Source: Candidatus Staskawiczbacteria bacterium (lineage in GTDB: Bacteria > Patescibacteriota > Minisyncoccia > Minisyncoccales > Staskawiczbacteraceae). Taken from it: a stretch of 64,000 bases of DNA. The position numbers and the translations under genes were made by a program. Below the pieces are notes generated by a model that did no database searches, was not told the DNA's origin, and saw only the letters and a program-made list of their open reading frames with translations. Shown here one piece after another: positions 47,506 through 56,092 of the stretch (positions within the stretch are counted from its first letter, which is position 1; each line of letters starts with the position of its first letter). The stretch is from assembly GCA_903831095.1 (NCBI GenBank), contig CAIKWD010000026.1, forward strand, positions 29,290-93,289, in the 5' to 3' direction.

Positions 47506-47859
47506 TTACAGCAAAGTAATTATTAAGCCTATAGCACCAAAGATAAATCCTATGGCGATTTTCAGAGTTGGGAGTTGCTTAAAGAAAAACCAGGCCAATA
47601 TTGGTTCCATTATTACTATAGCTGCCACAGACATGACTGCAATTATCCAAATATTCTTAAATATGTGCATTCCAAAATATACGGACCCAAGAAACAACGC
47701 TCCCCCAATTAAAACAATTAAAATAGCCAAAGTAAAAGTTAACATTTTTGAAGAGCTACCAACTGCATTTTTGGCAACAAACATTTCCGAATATAAATAA
47801 AAAGATTCGCCAATAAACAAAAACAAAATTACTAAAAATTTATAAAAAAGAATATTCAT
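47506..47859 (-). CDS. 4-TM SMR/DMT-like membrane protein (paralog of 21647-22009)
   Basis: GESFYLYSE, KNIW, MEPILAWFFFKQLPT. Confidence 0.75.
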   Translation of the reverse strand: MNILFYKFLVILFLFIGESFYLYSEMFVAKNAVGSSSKMLTFTLAILIVLIGGALFLGSVYFGMHIFKNIWIIAVMSVAAIVIMEPILAWFFFKQLPTLKIAIGFIFGAIGLIITLL

Positions 47860-47860
47860 A

Positions 47861-48766
47861 TTAAAAAAATAGCGTTATAAAGTATCCGATAATAGCGCAG
47901 AGGGCAACTGGAGGCAAAGCTGGAATTGGTTCTGGTTTTCCATTTTTGGCTTTTTGAGAAGTAAAAAGATAATAAGTAAAAAATGATCCTACCAAGGAAA
48001 ACAAAACAATCAACAATGCCCTAAAAAATCCAAAAGGCACAACTGAAACCGCTAATAAACTTGGAAACACCACGTCTCCCCCACCTAAAATCATAAAGTT
48101 TCCTCCTTGCTTTACCTTGTGCAATTTTTCTTTAAAATGCTTTGATTCTTTTGGAATTATAAAACCTAAAATTACTTTCTGGTCTATCATTTCCTTTGCC
48201 ATTAAAATCATATGTTTGGTTTTATAAACTGCCACAAAGTCGTAAACAGAAAATATCATTAACAAAGCTACAACAACTGCTGGTGTAAAACCCAAACCAA
48301 AAAAACTGGCAGCCCCGGCCAACCCCAAAACCATTAAAACATTATGCACCCACACTGAAGGAAATTTCAGCCAAATCGCCAACAAAACACCTATTGTTAA
48401 AATTGTGACAGTTATAGGCAAAAATAAGTTTAAAAGAGTAATTCCTCCCCAAAACACAGTTAACAAGAATATGCCTTTGTAAATTATTCCTTTAAATTTG
48501 TTTATTTTTTTGTTTTTATATACTACAAAAATTAAAACAAAAAAAGTAATAAATATAAAGGAAAAAATAAAATCTTGCAAAGATGTTTTAGGTAGATAAA
48601 CTTCTCTATTCTCAGCCATTCTATTTAATTCAAATCCTCCAACTGCAGCTAAAAGCGAAGTCAACAAAAACAATCCGCCTTCAAAACTAAAAACTTTCCA
48701 AAACTTAATTTGATCTTCTTTTTTAGCTTTTTTTACTTTAACAATTTTTGGCTCTATATATTTCAT
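47861..48766 (-). CDS. Presenilin/SPP-family (A22, GxGD) intramembrane aspartyl protease
   Basis: SVYD..AVYKT.HM, LGGGD..FP, PALP motifs. Confidence 0.9.
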   Translation of the reverse strand: MKYIEPKIVKVKKAKKEDQIKFWKVFSFEGGLFLLTSLLAAVGGFELNRMAENREVYLPKTSLQDFIFSFIFITFFVLIFVVYKNKKINKFKGIIYKGIFLLTVFWGGITLLNLFLPITVTILTIGVLLAIWLKFPSVWVHNVLMVLGLAGAASFFGLGFTPAVVVALLMIFSVYDFVAVYKTKHMILMAKEMIDQKVILGFIIPKESKHFKEKLHKVKQGGNFMILGGGDVVFPSLLAVSVVPFGFFRALLIVLFSLVGSFFTYYLFTSQKAKNGKPEPIPALPPVALCAIIGYFITLFF

Positions 48767-48802
48767 ATTACAATTCTACCAAGAAATCAGCTTTTTACCA
48801 AC

Positions 48803-48830
48803 AAAAAATCCCGCAGTGGGCGGGATCTTT
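48803..48830 (-). terminator. Terminator after NIF3-like gene
   Basis: atcccgc-agtgg-gcgggat with A tract. Confidence 0.7.
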
Positions 48831-48846
48831 TAATTTAAATTTTTAT

Positions 48847-49791
48847 TTACACTCTGGAAAATCTAGTAAATCCTGAACAGGCAACAATTTCAATACCTTT
48901 CTTTTCTAATTCATCCATCAGCAAGTTAACTCCAAGAGAATCAGATGATATGTGGCCAGCTATTACAATATTAACATGAGCTGATTCTGCATCTTTTCTG
49001 TTGTCCTCAGAAATATGCATTCCAATTACAGTTCCAATACCTGCTTGAGCCATTTTTTCATAAAGTTTCCCAGAACCCTCTGTTCCCCCGGTTATTTCTG
49101 ATAAGGCAATTTTACCGCACCTGTTTTCTGGCGACCCTGTAAAAATCTTTGGTCCTACCCCAATTTTCATTGCTTCTTTATATTCTGGAATTTCTTTTAG
49201 TGCTTCAACTAATTCTCCAACTCTCTCAAAGTTTTTTTTCTCAACAAATTCTTTTAAAAATTTGGCTGCCAAATTATCACATGGAGTATGTGAATTCATC
49301 AAGTTAACTTTCATCAGCCTAGCTGCGTCAACTGTTCTCTGATGGTTTGAAGCATTAACTCCCCTGGCAACTTCAGAAATTCTTTCTTTCATTAGACCTT
49401 CTGCTACGTTAATTGGTACTCCGTAGTAATTACAAACATCTGCCTGAAGTTCCATAACATCAGCCAACTGAGCTAATCCTTTACCAATTGGATGGTGAGC
49501 TATAACTAAATCAATATCTCCCAATTCCCTGGCAATTAAAATTTCATCAGGACCAATATCTATGCCCACTAAAACTTTCTTAATTTCTTTGTCATCTGAA
49601 ACATTATAAACTCCAGAATCTAAAAATGGATTTTCTAAGGCATCCTTGTCAAATTCTACCTTGTCTTTCTCTGATAGCTTGTCAAATCTCTTCTTTTTAT
49701 TGTCCAATAATTTCTGCACGCCCTCTTTTCCCCTGAAATCAGCTTCAGTTCCCATTTTTATCATTAACTTGTAAATATCTTGTATTTTCAT
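48847..49791 (-). CDS. NIF3-like dinuclear metal protein
   Basis: VLVGID, IAHHP, HTPCDN, GMH, AGHISSDSLG. Confidence 0.85.
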   Translation of the reverse strand: MKIQDIYKLMIKMGTEADFRGKEGVQKLLDNKKKRFDKLSEKDKVEFDKDALENPFLDSGVYNVSDDKEIKKVLVGIDIGPDEILIARELGDIDLVIAHHPIGKGLAQLADVMELQADVCNYYGVPINVAEGLMKERISEVARGVNASNHQRTVDAARLMKVNLMNSHTPCDNLAAKFLKEFVEKKNFERVGELVEALKEIPEYKEAMKIGVGPKIFTGSPENRCGKIALSEITGGTEGSGKLYEKMAQAGIGTVIGMHISEDNRKDAESAHVNIVIAGHISSDSLGVNLLMDELEKKGIEIVACSGFTRFSRV

Positions 49792-49813
49792 GGTATTGAA
49801 GTTATTTTTATAA

Positions 49814-49963
49814 TTAAACTACTGCTTTTGCATTAAGCTTATTATACATCTCTTTTATCATTTCTTCTTGCTTTTTTACGTCCAAAAACTGGCGCCTTAT
49901 CTGCGCTTTTTGAGTCCTGACAAATCTCTTTACTGAATGTGACAACTCTTTAAATTTTTCCAT
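49814..49963 (-). CDS. Small basic hypothetical protein (49 aa)
   Basis: MEKFKELSHSVKRFVRTQKAQIRR...; promoter-like TATAAT just upstream. Confidence 0.6.
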   Translation of the reverse strand: MEKFKELSHSVKRFVRTQKAQIRRQFLDVKKQEEMIKEMYNKLNAKAVV

Positions 49964-50062
49964 GCTAGTTATATTTTTAATATTATTATATTTTAAAAAG
50001 ACACTATTACATGTCTTTTCTATTTCTCTTATACAGTACCACACATTAAGGAATAATGAAAG

Positions 50063-51244
50063 CTACCTACCTTTTAGTGCCTCACGGGCAATTTGGCGGT
50101 CATCCCAGGGAATTTTCCTGCCATTTTCCAAACACATCCAAGGCTCTGACCCTTTACCAGTTATAATAACAACTTCACCTGGTTTGGCAACACTTATTGC
50201 AGTTTTAATTGCTTCTTTTCTGTCTAATATTTTTTTAGCATTATTACCTGCAGTTGCCATAACCTGATTTACAATTTCCTCAGGATTTTCGTCATATGGA
50301 TCTTCATTAGTAATAATTATTTGCTGGCAATATTTTTTTGCCAACTCTCCAAGCACAGGTCTTTTCCATTTATCCCTGCCTCCCCCACATGAACCCAAAA
50401 CACAAACTAAATTTTTACCAGCAAAAGATTTATAAACTGCTTCAAGTTGATCTGGAGTGTGTGCATAATCTACAACTACCTTGATTGGATTTTCAGCCAC
50501 AACTTCCATCCTACCAGAAATTCCTTTTGCTTTTTCTAAAGCTTTTTTGCAATTTTCCAAATCAACTCCATAAACATTGGCTACAGAAATTGCCGATAAA
50601 GCATTCATAATATTAAAATCTCCCATTAAATTAAGTTTCAAATTAACCTTATCTGCATCTTTTATAGAAAACTTAATTATTTGTTTTGCTTTGATATTTA
50701 AAAAATATTCTGCATTTTTGTCGTCGGCATTTATAATATGTATATTTTTACAAGCTTTGAAAAGTTTCAATTTTTCATTCCTATAATTTTCAAAACCTCC
50801 ATGGCTTTCAATATGTTCTGGAGTTAAGTTAGTAAAAACAACTGTGTCAAAGTTTATAAACTTGTGGCGAAACTGCCTGATTCCCTCTGAAGTAACTTCT
50901 AAAACTGCGTATTTACAACCTGCTTTTACAGCCTGACTTAAAAACTTCTGAATTACAAATCTACCAGGCATTGTCATTTTATATTTGTTATCCCATTCTT
51001 TCTCTCCAACTTTAAACCTTATCGAAGAAGCAGAAGCTACTTTTTCATCAGCTTCTTCCAATATTCTAGTAATTAAATCAACTGTAGTTGATTTACCACT
51101 AGTTCCAGTAACGCCGATTATTTTTATGCTTTTGCTTTTACCTGGAAAACCAAAAACTAAAGCTCCAAAAAAAGCTAGTCCAAAATGATAAGCCCTCAGC
51201 AAAAACTTCGGTATGAATTTTTTGATATTTTCTTTAAATGTCAT
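50063..51244 (-). CDS. murE: MurE-like Mur ligase (N-domain absent)
   Basis: GVTGTSGKST, EVTS, FTNLTPEH, GRME, DYAHTPD, GGGRD..KRP, EDP, GKG. Confidence 0.9.
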   Translation of the reverse strand: MTFKENIKKFIPKFLLRAYHFGLAFFGALVFGFPGKSKSIKIIGVTGTSGKSTTVDLITRILEEADEKVASASSIRFKVGEKEWDNKYKMTMPGRFVIQKFLSQAVKAGCKYAVLEVTSEGIRQFRHKFINFDTVVFTNLTPEHIESHGGFENYRNEKLKLFKACKNIHIINADDKNAEYFLNIKAKQIIKFSIKDADKVNLKLNLMGDFNIMNALSAISVANVYGVDLENCKKALEKAKGISGRMEVVAENPIKVVVDYAHTPDQLEAVYKSFAGKNLVCVLGSCGGGRDKWKRPVLGELAKKYCQQIIITNEDPYDENPEEIVNQVMATAGNNAKKILDRKEAIKTAISVAKPGEVVIITGKGSEPWMCLENGRKIPWDDRQIAREALKGR

Positions 51245-51325
51245 TATTTATAATTTAGCACAAGTAACAGACAAAAAAAAGCCCGCCTATAGCGAGCATT
51301 AAAGTTATAAAATAAAAAAAGAAAA

Positions 51326-51613
51326 TCATCCAAATGTTGCTCCACGACTAGTTGCCCATACTGCATCACGATGCATTTGTTCGATATGAGCAAACACTGC
51401 AGGATTATATACTCCCATGACACTTATTGATCCATCTCTGGAATAATAAGAGTCACCAACAGGATATGCCCTGTCTTTATAGATCCAGTTTTGGCCATTT
51501 TCACTCAAGGTCACCCCATGAGCTAGCCCTTTAACAACCTCGGTATGAGTTGTGTTTGGCGTCCAAACCAATGTTACCAAGTTTACTTTCCCAACTGTTT
51601 TTTTCTTCTTCAT
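51326..51613 (-). CDS. Hypothetical islet protein
   Basis: SD AAGGGGG, TTGACT promoter at 51677-51682, terminator at ~51275-51298. Confidence 0.7.
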   Translation of the reverse strand: MKKKKTVGKVNLVTLVWTPNTTHTEVVKGLAHGVTLSENGQNWIYKDRAYPVGDSYYSRDGSISVMGVYNPAVFAHIEQMHRDAVWATSRGATFG

Positions 51614-51715
51614 TTTTTACCCCCTTGCATAAATTTACAACGACCATAAAACAATATTATAAAATTTTAATCTCCTAGTCAATAAAAAAGCCGGCTTATA
51701 AAACCGGCTATGCGC

Positions 51716-53287
51716 TTAGTGCGCTTTTAAAATCACATATTCTAACCCATCAGTCAGTGCTTGCAAACTTGCTTCAATGGAATCAGTTGAGCAACCGGTT
51801 GTGGTCCAATTTTCTGAACCATCGGAAAAATCAACCAAAACCCTAACCGGTTTTGCAGTTCCTTTTTCACCGGGCAAAACTCTGACTTTATAATCAATCA
51901 GTTTAACCTTTTCAAGATATGAAAAGCTGGGCATTAATGCTTTGCGTAAAGCATTATCTAATGCATTCACCGGCCCGTCGCCATCTGCAACTTGGTAAGC
52001 AATATTATTTACTCCTCCATTTATATCAACCTTAACGATGGCAGAATCTACTGGATCTTCTTGACCATGTTGCTGAGACCTTACGTCGCGGCTTAATATT
52101 TTAAAAGGACGAGCATATCCATCCTGCTGGCGCATCATTATAAGCTTTAACGAGCCGTCAGCTCCTTCAAATTGAAATCCTTTGTTTTCCAGATTTTCAA
52201 CTTGTTTTAAAACCTTTTTTGCCTGCTCAGAATCCAATAATATGCCGAATTCTTTTGCCTTGATTTCTATGTTGCTTCTTCCGGAAAGTTCTGACACTGC
52301 CACTGATGAAACGTTTCCAACCGCTTCAGGTTTTATGTGGTGATAACTGTCAGGATCCTTGGAAATTGCATTAACATGCAACCCGGCTTTATGACGGAAA
52401 GCTGAATTTCCAACATACGGCTGCTGAGAATTCAATGGAAGATTCGCTATTTCCGCAGTGAAACGAGCAAGATTTGTCAGTTGTGTCATATTCTCTTCAA
52501 GCAAACATGGCAACAACATCTTGGCCTTTAAGGCTGGAATAACAGAACAAAGATTCGCATTTCCACAGCGTTCTCCATACCCATTAACAGTCACCTGTAC
52601 TTGATCAGCACCGGCTTTAATAGCAGCCAATGAACTGGCCACTGCCATTTCACCATCATTGTGAACGTGAATGCCAATTGGTATTTCTAACTTGTTTTTC
52701 ACTTCTGCCACAATAGATTCAATTTCCCATGGCAAACTACCTCCATTTGTATCACATAATACAACCCTAGAAACTCCGCCTTCTATGGTGGCTCTTACAC
52801 AATCCAATGAATACTCATCGTCTTGCTTAAAACCGTCAAAAAAGTGCTCGGCATCAAAAAATACAGTACGCTGGTTTTCCACCAAAAATCTACAGCTTTC
52901 CCTTATAAGTCGCAAATTCTCTTCCAGTGGAACGCCCAACACTTTTTCCACATGGCGTCTAGAAGCCTTTCCAACAATGGCGACAACTTCAGTCCCAGAA
53001 TCAATCAGCATGGCTAATTGTTTATCTTCTGCTGGGTTTTTGTACTTTGCGCAAGTCATTCCAAAAGCAACAAATTTTGCATTTTTTAACTTCATCTTTT
53101 TTGCTTCCTGAAAAACTTCACTGTCTTTTTCATTTGCTCCCGGCCAGCCGAGCTCGATATAATCGACCCCTAGCTGGTCCAGTTTTTCTGCAATTCTCAA
53201 TTTGTCATCTTTGGAAAATGAAATTCCCGGCTGTTGTCCCCCGTCCCTTAAAGTCGTGTCATAAATCTCGACCATTTTTGCTTTCAT
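51716..53287 (-). CDS. cimA: Citramalate synthase (CimA, LeuA-family DRE-TIM with allosteric domain)
   Basis: DTTLRDG.Q, FFDAEHFFDG, LCDTNGG, HVHND, GERCGNANL, FEGADGS, GPVNALD.ALRKAL, DYKVR. Confidence 0.88.
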   Translation of the reverse strand: MKAKMVEIYDTTLRDGGQQPGISFSKDDKLRIAEKLDQLGVDYIELGWPGANEKDSEVFQEAKKMKLKNAKFVAFGMTCAKYKNPAEDKQLAMLIDSGTEVVAIVGKASRRHVEKVLGVPLEENLRLIRESCRFLVENQRTVFFDAEHFFDGFKQDDEYSLDCVRATIEGGVSRVVLCDTNGGSLPWEIESIVAEVKNKLEIPIGIHVHNDGEMAVASSLAAIKAGADQVQVTVNGYGERCGNANLCSVIPALKAKMLLPCLLEENMTQLTNLARFTAEIANLPLNSQQPYVGNSAFRHKAGLHVNAISKDPDSYHHIKPEAVGNVSSVAVSELSGRSNIEIKAKEFGILLDSEQAKKVLKQVENLENKGFQFEGADGSLKLIMMRQQDGYARPFKILSRDVRSQQHGQEDPVDSAIVKVDINGGVNNIAYQVADGDGPVNALDNALRKALMPSFSYLEKVKLIDYKVRVLPGEKGTAKPVRVLVDFSDGSENWTTTGCSTDSIEASLQALTDGLEYVILKAH

Positions 53288-53357
53288 AATCTTTTCCTTT
53301 CCTTATTAAATTTTCAAGTTGCTGTCAAAAAGAGATTTTTTAGAAGCACCAGCCCCT

Positions 53358-53466
53358 AAAAAACAAAAACCTCTTTTTGAGAAGAGGCGCTTTTTCTTTT
53401 AATGAAAACGCTCCTTCTCTAAGAGAGGTTAATAATAATTATGTTTTGTGAAACTGTATAATTCAT
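53358..53466 (-). promoter_or_regulatory. Ile-sensing transcription attenuator with leader peptide MNYTVSQNIIIINLS* (53419-53466)
   Basis: Four tandem Ile codons; antiterminator GAGAAG.AGCG.UUUUC/GAAAA.GCGC.CUUCUC; terminator GCCUCUU/AAGAGGU + U tract; promoter TTGACA-17-TAAGTT at 53477-53505. Confidence 0.85.
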
Positions 53467-53505
53467 GCTTACTTTTAACTTACGCCAACCCAATATGTTT
53501 GTCAA

Positions 53506-54066
53506 CTATTTCCCTAGGGCTTTTAACGCGATTTTTATACGCTCTTCGCTATTTTTAATATTATCTGGTACATGGTTTAAAGCATCTTTGGCTTGCTGTT
53601 TGGAAAAACCAAGTTGCATTAAAGCTCCTTCTGCCTCGTCGGCATTATCTTTCTTTTGCCCTAGCATTTTTATTTTGCCTGTAAGTTCTAAAATAATTGT
53701 CATAGCTTTTTTAGAACCAATTCCAGGTATGCCTTCAAAAATCTTTTCGTCCTGTTTTAAAATCCTGTCTTTTATCTTATCCAAAGAACCCAAGGCTGAA
53801 ATATCCAAAGCAGACTTTGGACCAACTCCGCGTATGTCCATTAAAGTTTCAAAAAATTCCAAACCTTCGTAAGTTGGAAAACCATAAAGATCCAAAGCTT
53901 CCTCCTTCACATTTTGGTATATAAAAAGCTTGATTGGCTCGCCAATTTCTGGTAAAGTTATCATGCTCTGGCGGGACAAAAAAACCTTGTAGCCAATATT
54001 GGCCACTTCAACTATAATAAATTTGTCACGCTTTAGTATGATTTTTCCGTATAAATAAGATATCAT
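53506..54066 (-). CDS. ruvA: Holliday junction branch migration protein RuvA
   Basis: MISYLYG, IGY, LYGF, GVGPK, IPGIGSK.A..IILEL, AL..LGF. Confidence 0.95.
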   Translation of the reverse strand: MISYLYGKIILKRDKFIIVEVANIGYKVFLSRQSMITLPEIGEPIKLFIYQNVKEEALDLYGFPTYEGLEFFETLMDIRGVGPKSALDISALGSLDKIKDRILKQDEKIFEGIPGIGSKKAMTIILELTGKIKMLGQKKDNADEAEGALMQLGFSKQQAKDALNHVPDNIKNSEERIKIALKALGK

Positions 54067-54093
54067 AAGTTTATATGCTTTATTACATTGTAT

Positions 54094-56076
54094 ATGCAAT
54101 TTGAAGTAAAATCAAAGTTCAAGCCAAAGGGCGACCAGCCTCAGGCAATAAAAAAATTGACTGAGAACTTAAAAGCCGGGGTTAAAGACCAGGTGCTTTT
54201 GGGCGTTACTGGGTCTGGAAAGACTTTTACAATGGCTAAAGTCATAGAAAAAATACAAAAACCCACTTTGGTCATTTCCCCCAACAAAACTTTAGCTGCC
54301 CAGCTTTACCAGGAATTCAAAGAATTTTTCCCAAACAATGCTGTGCACTATTTTGTCTCATATTACGACTACTATCAGCCTGAAGCCTATATTCCCCAGT
54401 CAGACACATATATAGAGAAAGATGCAAAAATAAACGAAGAAATAGACAGGCTAAGGCATGCGGCAGTCCAAGATGTGACTATGAGAAAAGATGTAATTGT
54501 TGTAGCTTCGGTTTCCTGCATTTACAACATTGGCTCACCAGAAAACTATGAAAATGTTTCGCTAGAAATAACAAAAAACCAAAAAATAAAAAGAAAAGAT
54601 TTTTTAATTCTGTTAAACAATTTGCAGTACCAAAGAAATGATATTGATTTTAAACCTGGCATGTTTCGCGTGCGCGGAGACATTGTAGAAATATATATTG
54701 TAACAGGCGAAAAAATAATTCGCGTGGAATTTTTTGGAGATACCATAGACAAAATTTCAGAAACTTTGCCAGGATTTGGACAAAAGTATAAAAGTTCTGG
54801 AGACAAGCTCAGACTCTTCCCCGCTCACTTTTGGGTGACACCTCAAGACAAAGTTAACATTGCCATAAACAATATAAAGCTGGAATTAGAACAAAGATTA
54901 AAAGAATTAAAAAAACAAAATAAATTAGTTGAAGCTCAAAGGCTTGAGCAAAAAACAAATTACGATTTAGAAATGCTTAAGGAAACTGGCTGGTGCAACG
55001 GCATAGAAAACTATTCCAGCCATATGGAATTTAGAAAACCAGGCCAGGCCCCATTTTCCCTGGTTGATTATTTTGATTATTTTAACCCTTCGACGGGCTC
55101 AGAGCAGGCCCAGGGCGGTTCTTTAATGTTTATAGACGAGTCGCATATTTCTATTTCCCAAATTAGGGCCATGGCAATACAAGACAAAATAAGAAAAGGC
55201 ACTTTAATAGACTTTGGATTCCGCCTGCCTTCAGCCATAGATAACCGGCCCTTAACTTTTGCTGAGTTTGAAAAGCGCCAAAAGCAAACAATTTATGTTT
55301 CTGCTACGCCAGCTACTTTTGAAAAACAAAAAGCTGGCAAAAATATTATTGAGCAAATTATTAGACCTACAGGATTATTAGAACCAGTTATTGAAATTAA
55401 AAAAACTGACAACCAAATAAAAGACTTAATAGAAGAAATAAAAAAACAGGTTGAGAAAAAACACAGGACTTTGGTTGTGACAATTACAAAAAGACTAGCT
55501 GAAGAAATAACCAATTATCTTGTTGACCGGGGCATTAAAACCCAATATCTACACTCGGAAGTAAAAACCATGGAACGACCTAAAATACTAAAGGAATTTC
55601 GTGAGGGCAAATATGACGTTTTAGTGGGCATAAACCTTTTAAGAGAAGGCTTAGATTTGCCAGAGGTTTCTTTAGTTGCAATTTTAGATGCCGACAAGGA
55701 GGGTTTTTTAAGAAACGAAACAACCTTAATTCAAACAATGGGCCGAGCTGCCCGTCATCAAAATGGCAGGATAATTTTGTATGCAGACAAAACAACCATG
55801 TCTATGGAGTCTGCAATTAACGAAATAAATAGAAGAAGAAAAATACAACAGGCATACAACAAAAAACACAACATAACTCCCAAAACAATTATTTCTGGCA
55901 TACGCGAATGGGGATTTTCCAAAAAAGAAGACATTGATTCGGAATTCTGGATGATTCAAGACAAAGAAACTCTAGAGAAAGAAATGAAAATAGCTGCCAA
56001 AAATTTAGACTTTGAGCGGGCAGCGGAAATTCGCGATTTGATTAAAAAATTAGAGACAACAAAAAAGCCCGTTTAA
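54094..56076 (+). CDS. uvrB: Excinuclease ABC subunit B
   Basis: GDQP.AI, GVTGSGKT, YYDYYQPEAY, DESH, GINLLREGLD, GRAAR, FERAAEIRD. Confidence 0.98.
   Translation: MQFEVKSKFKPKGDQPQAIKKLTENLKAGVKDQVLLGVTGSGKTFTMAKVIEKIQKPTLVISPNKTLAAQLYQEFKEFFPNNAVHYFVSYYDYYQPEAYIPQSDTYIEKDAKINEEIDRLRHAAVQDVTMRKDVIVVASVSCIYNIGSPENYENVSLEITKNQKIKRKDFLILLNNLQYQRNDIDFKPGMFRVRGDIVEIYIVTGEKIIRVEFFGDTIDKISETLPGFGQKYKSSGDKLRLFPAHFWVTPQDKVNIAINNIKLELEQRLKELKKQNKLVEAQRLEQKTNYDLEMLKETGWCNGIENYSSHMEFRKPGQAPFSLVDYFDYFNPSTGSEQAQGGSLMFIDESHISISQIRAMAIQDKIRKGTLIDFGFRLPSAIDNRPLTFAEFEKRQKQTIYVSATPATFEKQKAGKNIIEQIIRPTGLLEPVIEIKKTDNQIKDLIEEIKKQVEKKHRTLVVTITKRLAEEITNYLVDRGIKTQYLHSEVKTMERPKILKEFREGKYDVLVGINLLREGLDLPEVSLVAILDADKEGFLRNETTLIQTMGRAARHQNGRIILYADKTTMSMESAINEINRRRKIQQAYNKKHNITPKTIISGIREWGFSKKEDIDSEFWMIQDKETLEKEMKIAAKNLDFERAAEIRDLIKKLETTKKPV
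55086..55115 (+). repeat. In-frame 30-nt hairpin insert in uvrB (TTCGAC..GCTCA type)
   Basis: cccttcgacgggctcagagcaggcccaggg; NPSTGSEQAQGG between DYF and LMFIDESH. Confidence 0.65.
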
Positions 56077-56092
56077 CCGGACTTTTTTCTTT

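Noticed and set aside
48808-48826. atcccgcagtgggcgggat as a member of the GGATCC double-hairpin family
   Set aside because: Single hairpin with a U tract downstream of a gene; adequately explained as a terminator.
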